Assembly: GCF_037042905.1 (NCBI RefSeq)
Contig: NC_087250.1
Location: 21,826,001-21,890,000, forward strand
From: Lytechinus pictus
Lineage: Eukaryota
Length of the DNA stretch: 64,000 bases
Direction of reading: 5' to 3'
Below, one piece after another: positions 1-12,259 of the stretch (positions are counted from its first letter, which is position 1; every line of letters starts with the position of its first letter). The position numbers and the translations under genes were made by a program. The notes under the pieces are model-generated. The model was not told where the DNA came from and made no database searches. It saw nothing but the letters and a program-made list of their open reading frames with translations.

Positions 1-48
1 CATTTGCACCATCTCTTCGATATATGCATTGACTAGAGACATAATCAT

Positions 49-580
49 AGCATGTATCATGATTTTCTTCTTTCATATTTACGTTTAATGTTCTTTTTAT
101 CTTGCATCTGTTTTCATGTGACTTTAATCATTTAAAGCAATAATCTTTTCATCAAAACTTAAGACATTGACTACGATTTTCTTCCCTTATGTAATTCTTT
201 TTGAACCTTTTATATTCTTAAAAAAACATGATAACTAAATGTATATATCGTAATTGCAGATGGTTATATTTTACAGATCTTTGGTAAGAAAATTTACATG
301 TTAGAGTTCAAAGCACAAAACTCGGTCTTTTTCAGCCATTGATTACTTTAGCATGTATACAATATCATGATTTTCTTCTTTCATAACATACTTTTTTTTT
401 TTTTATCTTGTATCTGTTTTCATATGCCTTTAATCATTTATAACAATAATCTTTTCATAAAACATTAAGATATTGACTACGGTTTTCTTCCCTTATATAA
501 TTCTTTTTCAACCTTTTATATTCTTAAAAAACAATAACTAAATGTATATACTTAATATGATATCGTAATTGCAGATGGTG
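49..580 (+). repeat. Diverged tandem duplication, period ~305 bp
   Basis: CATGATTTTCTTCTTTCATA...CGTAATTGCAGATGGT occurs twice. Confidence 0.75.
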
Positions 581-3500
581 TATAACTTCCTAAAAAAGCA
601 GGCCACTTCTTTATGTAATTTACATGATTTTTTACAAGCATCTGTAAAGAATAATGTAAATTGTCCAGTGCAGTTTTATGAATGGTCACTGGTGGCACAC
701 ATACTTCAGGTTGGGAAAAACAAGCGAAGAATGTTTGAATATGTATTACAAGTCATGTATAGATACAGTGCTAAATTGAATGCACTAGTTATGAACATGG
801 ATACTCAATAGCGAAATTGAACGCTCTGTCTTCAGTCACGTGACCTCCGGTGTTAACTTGAGTGCACTATGGCGAATCTGAATGATGTTTTGACACTTTT
901 GATTGCTCTATAGCCAAACTGATTGCCCATTATGAATTTTTGGCGGCCCTATGGCGATTTTGAATGACTAGTTTGAATTTTTGGTTGCTCTTTAGCGAGA
1001 TTGAATGAACTATTTATACTCTTGCATGCACTAAGTGCGAAATTGAGCGGGAAAACCTATATTATTCACTGTAAAAACGTTGTTTTAAGCACGTTGCTTA
1101 AGCCCGTCACTCTAACAACTACTGTTTAAATTTGGTAAACAAGTTGTTTAAAAAGGTTATAAAAAAGAAAAAATAAATAAACAACTTGTTATTCGAATGA
1201 CAGGCTTAAACAACGTCCTTTTTAATGTGTTGGGCCTACTTTTACCATGGATAAGGTAGTTTTATGTCATAGGCCCTATTCTTAACAATCATAGCGGCGA
1301 TTTGGGAATTAAGGTGAGTATGCAACAACGCTTTTGAAAAAGTATCGCTTAAGAGAGAACAGGATACTAGTATATCAGCCATTGTTCGATTGGTCAACAA
1401 TAATTACAATTCTACGCTCTCCCTATTTCTCCCATATCGTTTTTATATCCAATGTTATAGAAATGCCGCACTTTTCTTAATATATTCATTACCCCTTTTG
1501 CTCTGTGGAAATTAAAAAGAAATGAAACCGACTAATTCTCTTTATAATTCTCCTTAAAACAAAACGAAAATGAATGTAGATGAACGTATATACTTACTTT
1601 GGTAATTGCACGAAATATAAACCTTCTTATAACATCATCGACATATATGAGTTATGATCGAAACTATATGATTGTCGATAGTATCTCAGCTATCAGTGTA
1701 GTCATTGCGATATCACCCATTCGTTCCCAATATTTCCAACATATATCTGATGCACGTGTCAAAGATGATGATATGAGAGCGATCCTTAGGGGCGGAAATA
1801 GAAGGGCATCCGTCTTTCTCTCGTTGGATGGTTACCACACAAAGATTAAACTGCCAGTATCATCTAGTGTTTCTGGCGCAAACAGTGTTGGTTTCGTGCA
1901 TCAAAGATGAAGATGACATCGTTATGACGAATACCAATGAAAACAAAATGTTAATCCTTTTTAGACGATGTTCAATGTGAGAAAGTCATCCTTCATAACC
2001 ACTTCCCACATCACGATAGCTTGAAGAGTCTTTCCCGCAATGACAAACCGGTACGTACCGACCCTCTGTGTATCACTCGACTCACGCATCAATGCATAGG
2101 CTTAAGTTAATGCACAGATGGCAGTATCTTGGTCAAAGTACACGTATGCGTCTTTAGAATTTTTTTTAGAAAAAGGTAATCAATAAAAAGTCAATATTTT
2201 GGGAGAAGTCTTCAAAGGGAAGTCTAGGTCTACTGCAGTAGCCGACAGACCCGTTTGTTCCCATTAATAAAACCCATGCGTATACCTGCAATCATTCGAA
2301 TGTTAGTTTTTCACAACAAAGGCGTAACTATAGTGGTCAGGGTTAATAATTATATGCCGAATTACAGATGGGGATGGAATACATAAATAAGCATTATTAA
2401 CGACAAACACCCGTATATTCAATAGGTGGAAAAGTTGGAAGATGAACCAGGAATTTACATATATGTTAACTAGTATAATAGGATTGTTTGTGTAAGTAAC
2501 TATTCAAACAGGCGCGATGAAAAATAAGAATTTCAAAATGTAAGGCTCTTAAGAGTCATTTTTACACTTCATACTTATTAACTTTCTAACTGCCTACTTT
2601 AATCAGCTCTCATGTTCCGTCCATAACTCCATATATCTACATTTATTTTCATTCAATTCTGCTTATTTGATAATGTATATCATTATATCAGAAGGAAGAA
2701 ATTTGAAACTCAACGTTACTTTTCAACTTGATTTTTTGGAAATATGTAATATAATATCTAATGACTATTATCCTGAAAAAACCATGCCACAGTTGATATA
2801 CAGTAGTTCAATTCATTACTACATGATACAATGTCCAACCCCATTAAGCTTTTATGACGTTATTTAAATAGTTAATAAAAGATGCCATTTTGTATGAAAT
2901 TTGTATGATTGGGTGGTCGATGTAGATTATATATCTGTATATTTTTTTTATTTGTGCGATCTTCTCAAGCATAGAATAGGCTGCAAATTTTAGAATTTAT
3001 TCTGCAGACATATGACATTAATTCATTACATTATTTTTTAGGATGAGAGCTCGAATGAATCTCGCTAAACCAAAGAAAAGATACACTGCATGAGAGGACA
3101 CTCTTGGTATCTAAAACTTCATTGTCCCCAAAAAACAACAGATACAAGTCATGAGAAGGGTTGTCTTTATTATCTTCCGAATGTTTTAGAAGGCTAATCT
3201 TTGCTAAGATTATGATTAGGTCGAGACAACAAACATGTATCTCTTGAGCTGCTTAGTGCGATCGGGCTGAAATGGACCCCGGGTCCGTCTTACAAGGGGT
3301 TACGTTTGATCCGATCAACCTCTACTCCATCAATAATTTTTTTTTCGGAAGTTTGCAGACTCCTTTGCAAATAAAAAAAGAAGCACACTTAATGTTTGAG
3401 AAACGATGAATGTATGCATATACAGGATATCTAGAATACATTTTGAATAAAAACATGCATTTTAAATGGTGACGTTGCTGGCTTTCCATAGTTGTGGTTG

Positions 3501-5005
3501 ATCGGATCAATCGAGATTCTTTGTAAGACGGGTCCGTGACTCTGCTGAAGTGTAAAGGTCACTGCACTCTTATTTTTCTTAAGTGGAACGGGGGGGGGGG
3601 GCTTCAGCATCCACTTTCTACAATTACTTGTACAAGAACGTCAACATTACCATCTGACTGTTGGCTCAGTCACCTCTTTCAAAGCTAAAAATAACGGTAC
3701 AGGGGCCAAGACAGCAGAATTGGATGCAGGAGGAAGCTGCAAGGCCGAAGGCTTGTAAGGGGGTATTCCGGACTAAATATAATTTGATTTGAACAGATAA
3801 AGTAAAATCAGACAAACAAAAGACTGTAAATTTCATAAACTTGGTCTGAATAATATGTAATGATCTCTCAAGCTTTTCAAATACAGACTCATATCTTCAT
3901 GTTGCAAGAACCAGACTTATCCTCCTTGGTGTCATTGGCAATGTCTCGTATCAGTTTCCTGACTTTCATCCTGTTACTCTTCAATTTGTGTTTGATATAC
4001 ATTTCTCAAGACAGCGCCTTGTTGATCATGCTGCTGCAAACAGTACGTGAGTGACTAATAGCTCATTATTTTACCATGCTGTACTGCACTAAAGGCTTGC
4101 AGTTCTCCGGTGAACGGAGGAATTCAACACCGAAGAAGAAGAAGGTATGATATCTCCTCTTATTATTTTTGTTTTATAATTTGAAATAATATTTATTAAA
4201 ATTGTGTGCATCAAGAATTAACACATTTGGATTGACAACTTTAACGCATTAGGCATTAATTGCTGCAAATTATCTTGTTACGAGGAACACACGTTATACA
4301 CACATGCATTGAAATATGAAATAATTATGATTTCATGCAATAACATAAGAAAAGGAAAATAAGAACACGGCATCATCACCACCTATTGCTTATTCATGAC
4401 GTGAACATAACTTTAAAATATATATGTATTGCTAATCTTTAAAATTAAATATTTTCGTTATTTGTTATCAAATTTTGATGAAAATTTCATAATTCTTCTC
4501 AGACTGGTGAATATCATGCGATTTATTTAGATGTAATTGTTTTTTTCAGCATGGAATACTGAAGATCACAGCTAAGTAATTCTTATCACCTCCAAACGGC
4601 CTCGACGTAAATCATCTGAATAAACTGATAATACACGCATAAACATTATTTTCACTAGCAAAATTATATAGGCATGAATTACATATTTTGTTGTTTGTGT
4701 TTTTTTTGGGGGCCTTTTGATGATTACAAGATTTGAATACCCTGTTTGCCAAGAACACAATAGGCCGTTTCATAAAGCTGTTCGTAAGATAAGAGCGAAT
4801 TTAAGAACGACTGGTGAACCTTTCCTACGCGCTAAACCATCGCCAATGTACCATTTACCACAAGAAAGGATCACCAGTCGTTCTTAACTTACGAACAGCT
4901 TTATGAAACGCCCACCTGAGCTTATACTTTCTCTATATTTGCTTGTTTTGTGATACATAGCAACTGTTCGGAAATACCTACATCATGCAGGCAATTAATG
5001 ATCTG

Positions 5006-5150
5006 GGGCCAGTTGCAGAAAGAGTTGCAATCAAACGCAACTTCGAAAATCATGCGCAACTTGATTTTCAACCAATCAACAGCGCGCATTTGGGACTTGC
5101 GATTGATATTTTGACTTGCGTTTAAACGCAACTCTTTCTGCAACGAACCC
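5006..5150. mobile_element. Harbinger-like MITE with CTG TSD
   Basis: CTG|GGGCCAGTTGCAGAAAGAGTTGC...GCAACTCTTTCTGCAACGAACCC|CTG. Confidence 0.7.
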
Positions 5151-5185
5151 CTGAGCTTTTAGACCGAGGGTAAATATTAGGATTC

Positions 5186-5575
5186 ATTTTCGATTGGTCT
5201 AATGCCAATTCGTCCAATTACCAACTCGTCTACTATTATTTGGTCTACCATCAGTTCATCCTCTGCCCACATGGTCTAATTGCCATTTAATCCACTCACC
5301 ACTTCGTCTAACATTAATAACCAGTTGGTCCAATAGCATTTAGTCCTTATACCATTATAAATATAAACAATTTATGAAAATAAAGCCTACTGGTTATCAG
5401 ACGAAATGGTCATAGACGGATTGGAGATCAGACGAAATGATGATTGGACCAAATAGTTATTGAACCAAAGTCGTTGTTAGACGAACTGTTGATGGACGGA
5501 ATGGCATAGACTTAATGACGCCTTGAAGGTACACGGTGTGATGAGTGGACGAGTTGGCAATAGACGAATGTGCAA
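5186..5575. mobile_element. Mini-foldback element built from ~15-bp TCGTC(T/C)AAT repeats; related copies at ~9277-9660 (inverted) and ~13617-13990
   Basis: Left half carries TTCGTCTAAT-type repeats and right half ATTAGACGAA-type repeats; shared CCAACTCGTC / GACGAGTTGG motifs. Confidence 0.7.
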
Positions 5576-5875
5576 TTTATCATTATTGAGGATGGGATAT
5601 CTTCTAAAATCAGTACATCATACATCAATAACGCATGTTTTGACAGTAGCTTTCTGAAGTACTTACACTTTATAGGTTTCACCAACATGACCAAGAGGTC
5701 TCGGAAACCTTGGTAAAGCCAGATGTGTATTGTCTGTTTTGTGCAATTGTAGTTGGTCAGATTCATTGTAGGAACAAAATAAAGAAATAGGGGAAAGAAG
5801 AAACAGGATGGAAAATGAACACAAGTGAAGACATGGAAGAGTAGGGACAAAAGAGGAAACCAAAGAATATGTCAG

Positions 5876-6232
5876 GGGGTCGTTTCGTAAAGCTGTTCGT
5901 AAGTTAAGAGCGACTTTAAGAATGTGACTGGTGATCCTTTCTTACGCGCTAAACCATAGCCAATGAATTTACCATTTACAACAAGAAGGGATCACCAGTC
6001 TTTCGTAAAGTCGCTCTTAACTTACGAACAACTTTATGAAACACCCACCAGGGGGCCGTTTCATAAAGCTGTTCGTACGTTAAGAGCGACTTTAAGAACG
6101 ACTGGTGATCCTTTCTTGGGGTAAATAACATACACAAAAACCTTCATTGGCGAGGGTTTTGCGCGTAAGAAAGGGTCACCAGTCTTTCGTAAAGTCGTTC
6201 TTAACTTACGAACAACTCTATGAAACACCCAC
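5876..6232. mobile_element. Head-to-tail dimer of a ~175-bp Harbinger-like MITE; other copies at ~4763-4915, ~11059-11243 and ~57851-58134
   Basis: GGGG.CGTTTC.TAAAGCTGTTCGT...ACGAACA.CT.TATGAAACACCCAC units separated and flanked by CAG. Confidence 0.8.
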
Positions 6233-6540
6233 CAGCCGTAGCTGATGATAAGTCTGATGAAGCTGGGGAAGAACAAGGTGGTCATCAGAGGTTGGAAATG
6301 GAAACAAGAAGGAATAAGAAAAACAGTGGAAAGGAAAATTAAGTTATCAAAGAAAGCAACTGAGTAACGAAAGCAGGTTGAACAGCAGAAGCTGAAGCAG
6401 AAGAGAAAGAATCGAGGAAGGGCTAGTAATAAAAGAAGGAAGATAGAGTGCGAGAGAGGGCCAAGAGGGGCATAAGAAGAAGTAGAGAAAAGGAACATGA
6501 ATAAGTTGACCAAACGATAGAAGAGGAAGGCGAATACCCG

Positions 6541-6697
6541 GGGGGCGTTTCATGAAAGGACTTGTCGGACGTTTTATCCGACAAGTCCTGTTTTATCCGA
6601 CAGTTACTATAGTAACAGTGCTTCTCAACCAACCAGAATCAAGGAAAGTTGTCAGATCTGACAACTTGTCGGATGAAAATGTTGATGAAACACTCCC
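6541..6697. mobile_element. Harbinger-like MITE with CCG TSD
   Basis: CCG|GGGGGCGTTTCATGAA...TTGATGAAACACTCC|CCG. Confidence 0.6.
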
Positions 6698-6769
6698 CCG
6701 AGGTAGGGATAGTAAAAGAAGAAGGAAGAGAGAGAGAGAGAGAGAGAAGGGTGGGGTGGTAAGGAAGAG

Positions 6770-7795
6770 AGAGAAAAATAAAGTTAAGCAACAGTCTAAA
6801 AGACAAATAAAGACTCGAGAAAGGGATAGAAGGAAAGAAGAGATGGGAGGAAGAAAAATAGAGAAGCTATACGGAGAAAAGAAAACGAGGAAAGAGACAA
6901 GAATGCAATACAAAAAAAAATCAAGAAGAAAAAAAGCGGGACGATGCCGAGGAACGTAAGACACAAAAACAACTCCCCCCCCCCAAAAAAAAAAAGAGAA
7001 GAAAATCCCGTAAGGGGAAGATGAAGGAAGAGAAAGGGCAGAAATTAAAGGAGAAACGAAAAATAAGTAATAAAAGCAAGACATTTTAAGTGTTTTAAAA
7101 TAATATTTTATAGAGAAAAATAAAGTTAAGCAACAGTCTAAAAGACAAATAAAGACTCGAGAAAGGGATAGAAGGAAAGAAGAGATGGGAGGAAGAAAAA
7201 TAGAGAAGCTATACGGAGAAAAGAAAACGAGGAAAGAGACAAGAATGCAATACAAAAAAAAATCAAGAAGAAAAAAAGCGGGACGATGCCGAGGAACGTA
7301 AGACACAAAAACAACTCCCCCCCCCCCCCAAAAAAAAAGAGAAGAAAATCCCGTAAGGGGAAGATGAAGGAAGAGAAAGGGCAGAAATTAAAGGAGAAAC
7401 GAAAAATAAGTAATAAAAGCAAGACATTTTAAGTGTTTTAAAATAATATTTTATAGAGAAAAATAAAGTTAAGCAACAGTCTAAAAGACAAATAAAGACT
7501 CGAGAAAGGGATAGAAGGAAAGAAGAGATGGGAGGAAGAAAAATAGAGAAGCTATACGGAGAAAAGAAAACGAGGAAAGAGACAAGAATGCAATACAAAA
7601 CAAAATCAAGAAGAAAAAAAGCGGGACGATGCCGAGGAACGTAAGACACAAAAACAACTCCCCCCCCCAAAAAAAAAAAGAGAAGAAAATCCCGTAAGGG
7701 GAAGATGAAGGAAGAGAAAGGGCAGAAATTAAAGGAGAAACGAAAAATAAGTAATAAAAGCAAGACATTTTAAGTGTTTTAAAATAATATTTTAT
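6770..7795 (+). repeat. Three near-identical tandem copies of a ~342-bp purine-rich unit
   Basis: AGAGAAAAATAAAGTTAAGC starts at 6770, 7112 and 7455. Confidence 0.93.
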
Positions 7796-8538
7796 TTCTT
7801 CTTCATCATGAATAACATGTGAAAAACAATGTATAGCATGAAATCCTGAACATAATTGATTCACAATTCATACCTAAACATTTTAACTTGATTATTCTAG
7901 AAGTAAGCTGAGAGTCAATCTGTACACATTTTCTTTAAACAACTTATAATAACAGAGGGAATAGGAATACAGAACAGAATCTTTTAAAAATACATAAGAA
8001 CAGAAAAAACAAACACATTATAGATAAATTTCAAGCTGAACACAATTTTTTTCGTTTACAGTATCATTGAATAGAAATAATTTGAGGAAGTTATGATACC
8101 AGCACACAAAAACAAATAAAACATAAGCAAATCACACACTCAGCCACGTTTCACCCCCCCCCCCGATAAACGACGAATAAGAAGAAAGAAAGAAAGGAAG
8201 AGGAAAGGAAAAACAACAAACGGGCAAACAAACAATAATAATATAAAAAAAAACACCCCCCCGAAAAAATAAAAATAAACCAGGAAAGGAGGGGGGGGGG
8301 GGGGGAGATGAAGTAGATGTCCGATACAGACAAGAGTGACAGAATTGTCAATGATAGGTCACTCCGAACCCAAAAGAAATGCACTCCCCTAAAAATCGAT
8401 ATCTGACCATAGAATCATGACGCACGTTCTTAGCAGAGATCAATAATCAATCTTAGACAAATCCGTTGATGACCATTGTTAGTTTAGTTGGATCGGAGGC
8501 AAGGCGAAAGGGGGAAAACTACCCATTATTATATTTAA

Positions 8539-9006
8539 AGGAGAAGTTCACCTTGACAAAAAGATCATTGTAATACAACAGAAAAACTCATGAAGAAATA
8601 ATGCCGAAGATTTGAGAAAAATCCATCAAAGAATAAAAAAAAAAATCATTAGAATTTCAATCATTTTATTTGTGACGTCATATGCCAGCAGCTTTCCGAC
8701 ATCAAATGGTAAGATATCAATGAAATGTCATTTTCTCAGAAAATTGAAAATGATTTTGATTGTACATTCAGTATTTCAATAGCCAACTCATTTCACTCCC
8801 GTTTCCCAAAAAAGAACACTAAAAAAGTCGTCACGAACCATTTAAGAAGAATAAAATTTATTCATGTTATTCATGTCATGGCAGCTGCTCATTTATGACG
8901 TCACAAATCCAAAACTTAAAATTTCAATAACTTCTTTTAATCTTAGATGGATTTTCCTCAAACCTTCACCAATATATTTTTTTTTCTTCAGGGTGAATTT
9001 CCCCCT
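8539..9006. mobile_element. Kolobok-like non-autonomous element with TTAA TSD
   Basis: TTAA|AGGAGAAGTTCACC ... GGTGAATTTCCCCCT|TTAA. Confidence 0.7.
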
Positions 9007-10904
9007 TTAACAGTGATACCATAGTAGGCCCTCGATGTCCACAATTACATAAAATTAGTTGCTCTGCGTAAGGTCAACGGTGGTCGAAATATTTTGAACC
9101 CCTATCGATCCCTTTAGAATCTTGCATCCTCTTTTAGTTGCTGTGACCCGGGGGACATCTGTTGACCTTCGTTAGCACTTGATAAATTGTTACACTAGGG
9201 CAACGGACTATTTGGTCCACCCTAATAAAAAGAGTGATTCGAATGAAAGTGCTGTACACTGTAAAGGTAAATTATCATTTCGTCCACTGCCAACTCGTCC
9301 ACTTACCATTATGGTCTACCTTCATTTTAGTCAAATGCCATTCTGTCACTCAACATTTCGTCTAACAACCATTTGGCCCAATAACCATTTGGTCCATTCA
9401 TCATTTCGTCTAATCACAGTTCGTCTATGACCATTTCGTCTAATAACCAGTTGGTCTAATACCATTGTCTTTTCATTCATTTAGACCAAATGGTTTATGG
9501 ACTAAATGGCTATTGGACCAACTGGTTATTAGGCGATATGGTAAGCGGACGAAATGGCAATTAGACCATGTAGATAGTGGATGAATTGATGATAGACCAA
9601 CTGATAGTAGACGATTTGGTAATTAGACGTATTGGCATTGGACTAATTGGAAATAAACCGACTGTATACAGACTAGACTTGGGTGTTATAACTGACGCAT
9701 TTTTCTAAACTTTTTTGTTTTGCCAAAAATAAAATGAGATTCTGGCATGGATTGGGAAAAGGGAGGGGGGGGGGGGGGTTGTGAAAGTTGATTGGAAATA
9801 TATGATTTCTCATTTGATATTGATATGAAATATTGCAGAAACAGTATTTAATATATTTCATATTTCCATGATGATATAACATTTATCTCTGGTTATGTTT
9901 TATAAAAACCTTTGGTCAAATGATTGTATATAGCACAGTGCATATATGTCATTAACATTGCTTGTGCAAGGCATTTATTGACATAGCGCCAGCTAGTGTT
10001 CTCTATAGGACAGTGTTTTCTATTGCACCAATCACTGTATGAACATGGAAGAATTGACAGGTTTGAGGTGACAATATCATCCAAGTTCCAGTGAATCCTG
10101 GAAACCTGGTTATTGACTTTGATACAATAAGGAGGCAAAGAGGTTAGTGTCTCATAGGAAGTCTTTATTTTATGAAATGATAAATGTTAAAGATGAAAAT
10201 AAGTTGAATTGTTTTAGGTTCTAAATCCAGCTACTGTGCATGTAGATTACATAACAATTATACATTCACATGTGTGTTATAAGATTGTGTAAGCAAGAAA
10301 TAAGGTCAAGTCTGCTTATACATTGGATCCTCACATTTGAAGATGAAATTATATGATATTGTGATGATTAGGAGATTCATGTATGTTCACTGAATTTGAT
10401 ATAATTAGTTTACTGAAATAAGATTCAGGTTTTGTTTTGTGGAATTAATGACCAGAAAGATTACACTATATGTAGGTCAGCTGAAAGTCAAGATATGGTA
10501 TATAGCTTCATATTTAAAACACAAAGATACACCTGAAGTTATTGATAGTATAGTGGCAACTCTAATTGCTGTGTAAATCAACGTGTCAATATACATATAT
10601 TTTATTTATCAGATTAAGCACATTTCTCAATAATTGTTTAGTTTGTTGCTTTAAGAAAGGGTGAATTATCAGATGATCACGCATAAGCGTACACAACGTA
10701 TTTATGATGCTTTTTTGTATGTTTCCTTGATAGAGTTTTCACGGAGCTTTTGGAGCTATCAAAGTTTGAAGATGATAAATCGAAATAAGATGAATCAAGA
10801 ATAAAGTCTCGAAGCTCCCGTAGAAGCCTTTGTCTGTATTTCATTCGTGTACCTCGAATACTGTCACAGGTAGGGATAAAGCATATTCTAAAGTATATGA
10901 CCAG

Positions 10905-11055
10905 GGTCCCGTTTTATAAAGACTTGTTATAATTTATAACAAATGCCCAATTTCTATAACAAGTTTACTATCGGCCAATCATATCGAAGGATTTCGGTAG
11001 CTTAAAACTGTTATTACAAATTTGTTATTTTAACAAGTTTTATGAAACGGGCCCC
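10905..11055. mobile_element. Harbinger-like MITE directly abutting a second MITE
   Basis: GGTCCCGTTTTATAAAGACTTGTTA...TAACAAGTTTTATGAAACGGGCC. Confidence 0.65.
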
Positions 11056-11543
11056 GGGAGGGTGTTTCATTAAAAGCTGTTCGTAAGTTACGACCGACTT
11101 TTAATACGAACGACTGGTGATCCTTTCTTAGGAGCTAAATCAACGCAAATAGAAATTCAGCATGCATCACTTACCACAAGAAAGGATCACCAATCGTTTG
11201 TAAAGTCGATCGTAACTTACGAACAGCTTTATGAAAAGCCCACCGGATTCTTCGATTTCCGAGTGCCCTTGCTTAGGATTTGCACTGGGCTCAGGGAATT
11301 GGGACTCAATCCCTCTACGTTAGCTTTTGGAAAGGTTACCATTAACGCCCAATTAAGAAAAAAAATGAGTTCAGATTTGAAGTTGATAGAGAAAAGTTAC
11401 CTTTCCGTAGAGGGACTGACTCCCTAATTCCCCCACCCGGTGTGCTAATCTTCTCAGCACAACCCGAACCATTTCAGAGTCAGTTGGCCCTCTACGATAG
11501 CTTTAGGAAAGGTAGTTTCCTCCGCTCAATGTCAACGTCCAAT

Positions 11544-12093
11544 CCCGGGGGGGCCAGTTCCATTCACGAGTGGATACCATGCGCGACCATGGGGTCTCGA
11601 AAAGCACCCTAAACACGTAATTTCCATATTCTGAAAATGCACCCCTTAACAAGTTTTGGCGTGTGAAACCCTACCCTTAACAAGTATTGGAAACAAAACG
11701 ATACTCTTGGCAAATATTCCCTGAAATGAACCCCTAAACAAGTACAGGAATGTTTTATTGTTACGGGTCCTTCGGTCGTCGGCTTTACCTAATTTGGTTT
11801 AGTACGACCCCATCTTCTACACCTCGCGCAAATTGGACTCTAAACACGAAGTGTTGGGGCAAAAAGGACATCCTTTATAAAACATTTTAATTTTAATTTA
11901 TCATCCCCGCAAATTCGACCCTAAACACGTAATTGTCCTAGCGAAATAGATACCCTTTTTTCATTATTTTTGTGTTTTTGACACCCTTATCACGTTACGT
12001 ACGTAACGTGCCCTATCGTGAAAAAGACATCCTTTTTACGTGTTTTTTTGGTCGCGCATGGTATCCACTCGTCAATGTAAGTGGCCCCCCGGG
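11544..12093. mobile_element. 550-bp MITE with 8-bp TSD, just 3' of the MCT-like stop codon
   Basis: CCCGGGGGGGCCA...GAGTGGATACCATGCGCGACC TIRs; CGTCCAAT at 11536-11543 and 12094-12101. Confidence 0.88.
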
Positions 12094-12128
12094 CGTCCAA
12101 TCTGGATGACTGTGCGTAAAGTGAATTG

Positions 12129-12259
12129 TCAATCAATGCTGTGTTGCTGCCACTTGTCTATGATTATTGGAGTAAGCATTAGACAGAAGACAAGGCCATC
12201 AACCGCCGCGATGAACATGAAGGAAGCGTTAAAGGTTCCTGACACATCTGCAATAAAAC
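12129..12259 (-). CDS. MCT-like last exon (GFIADVSGTFNASFMFIAAVDGLVFCLMLTPIIIDKWQQHSID*)
   Basis: TACAG acceptor, in-frame TGA. Confidence 0.88.

Noticed and set aside
1780..4150. Possible plus-strand transcript (GC box ~1790, donor CCG|GTACGT at 2051, acceptor ~3041)
   Set aside because: No coding signal and only isolated splice-like motifs
6061..7864. Long Phe/Leu/Ser-rich or Lys/Arg/Glu-rich ORFs (also at 15205-15704)
   Set aside because: Low-complexity purine/pyrimidine tracts and the 342-bp triplication; no domain motifs
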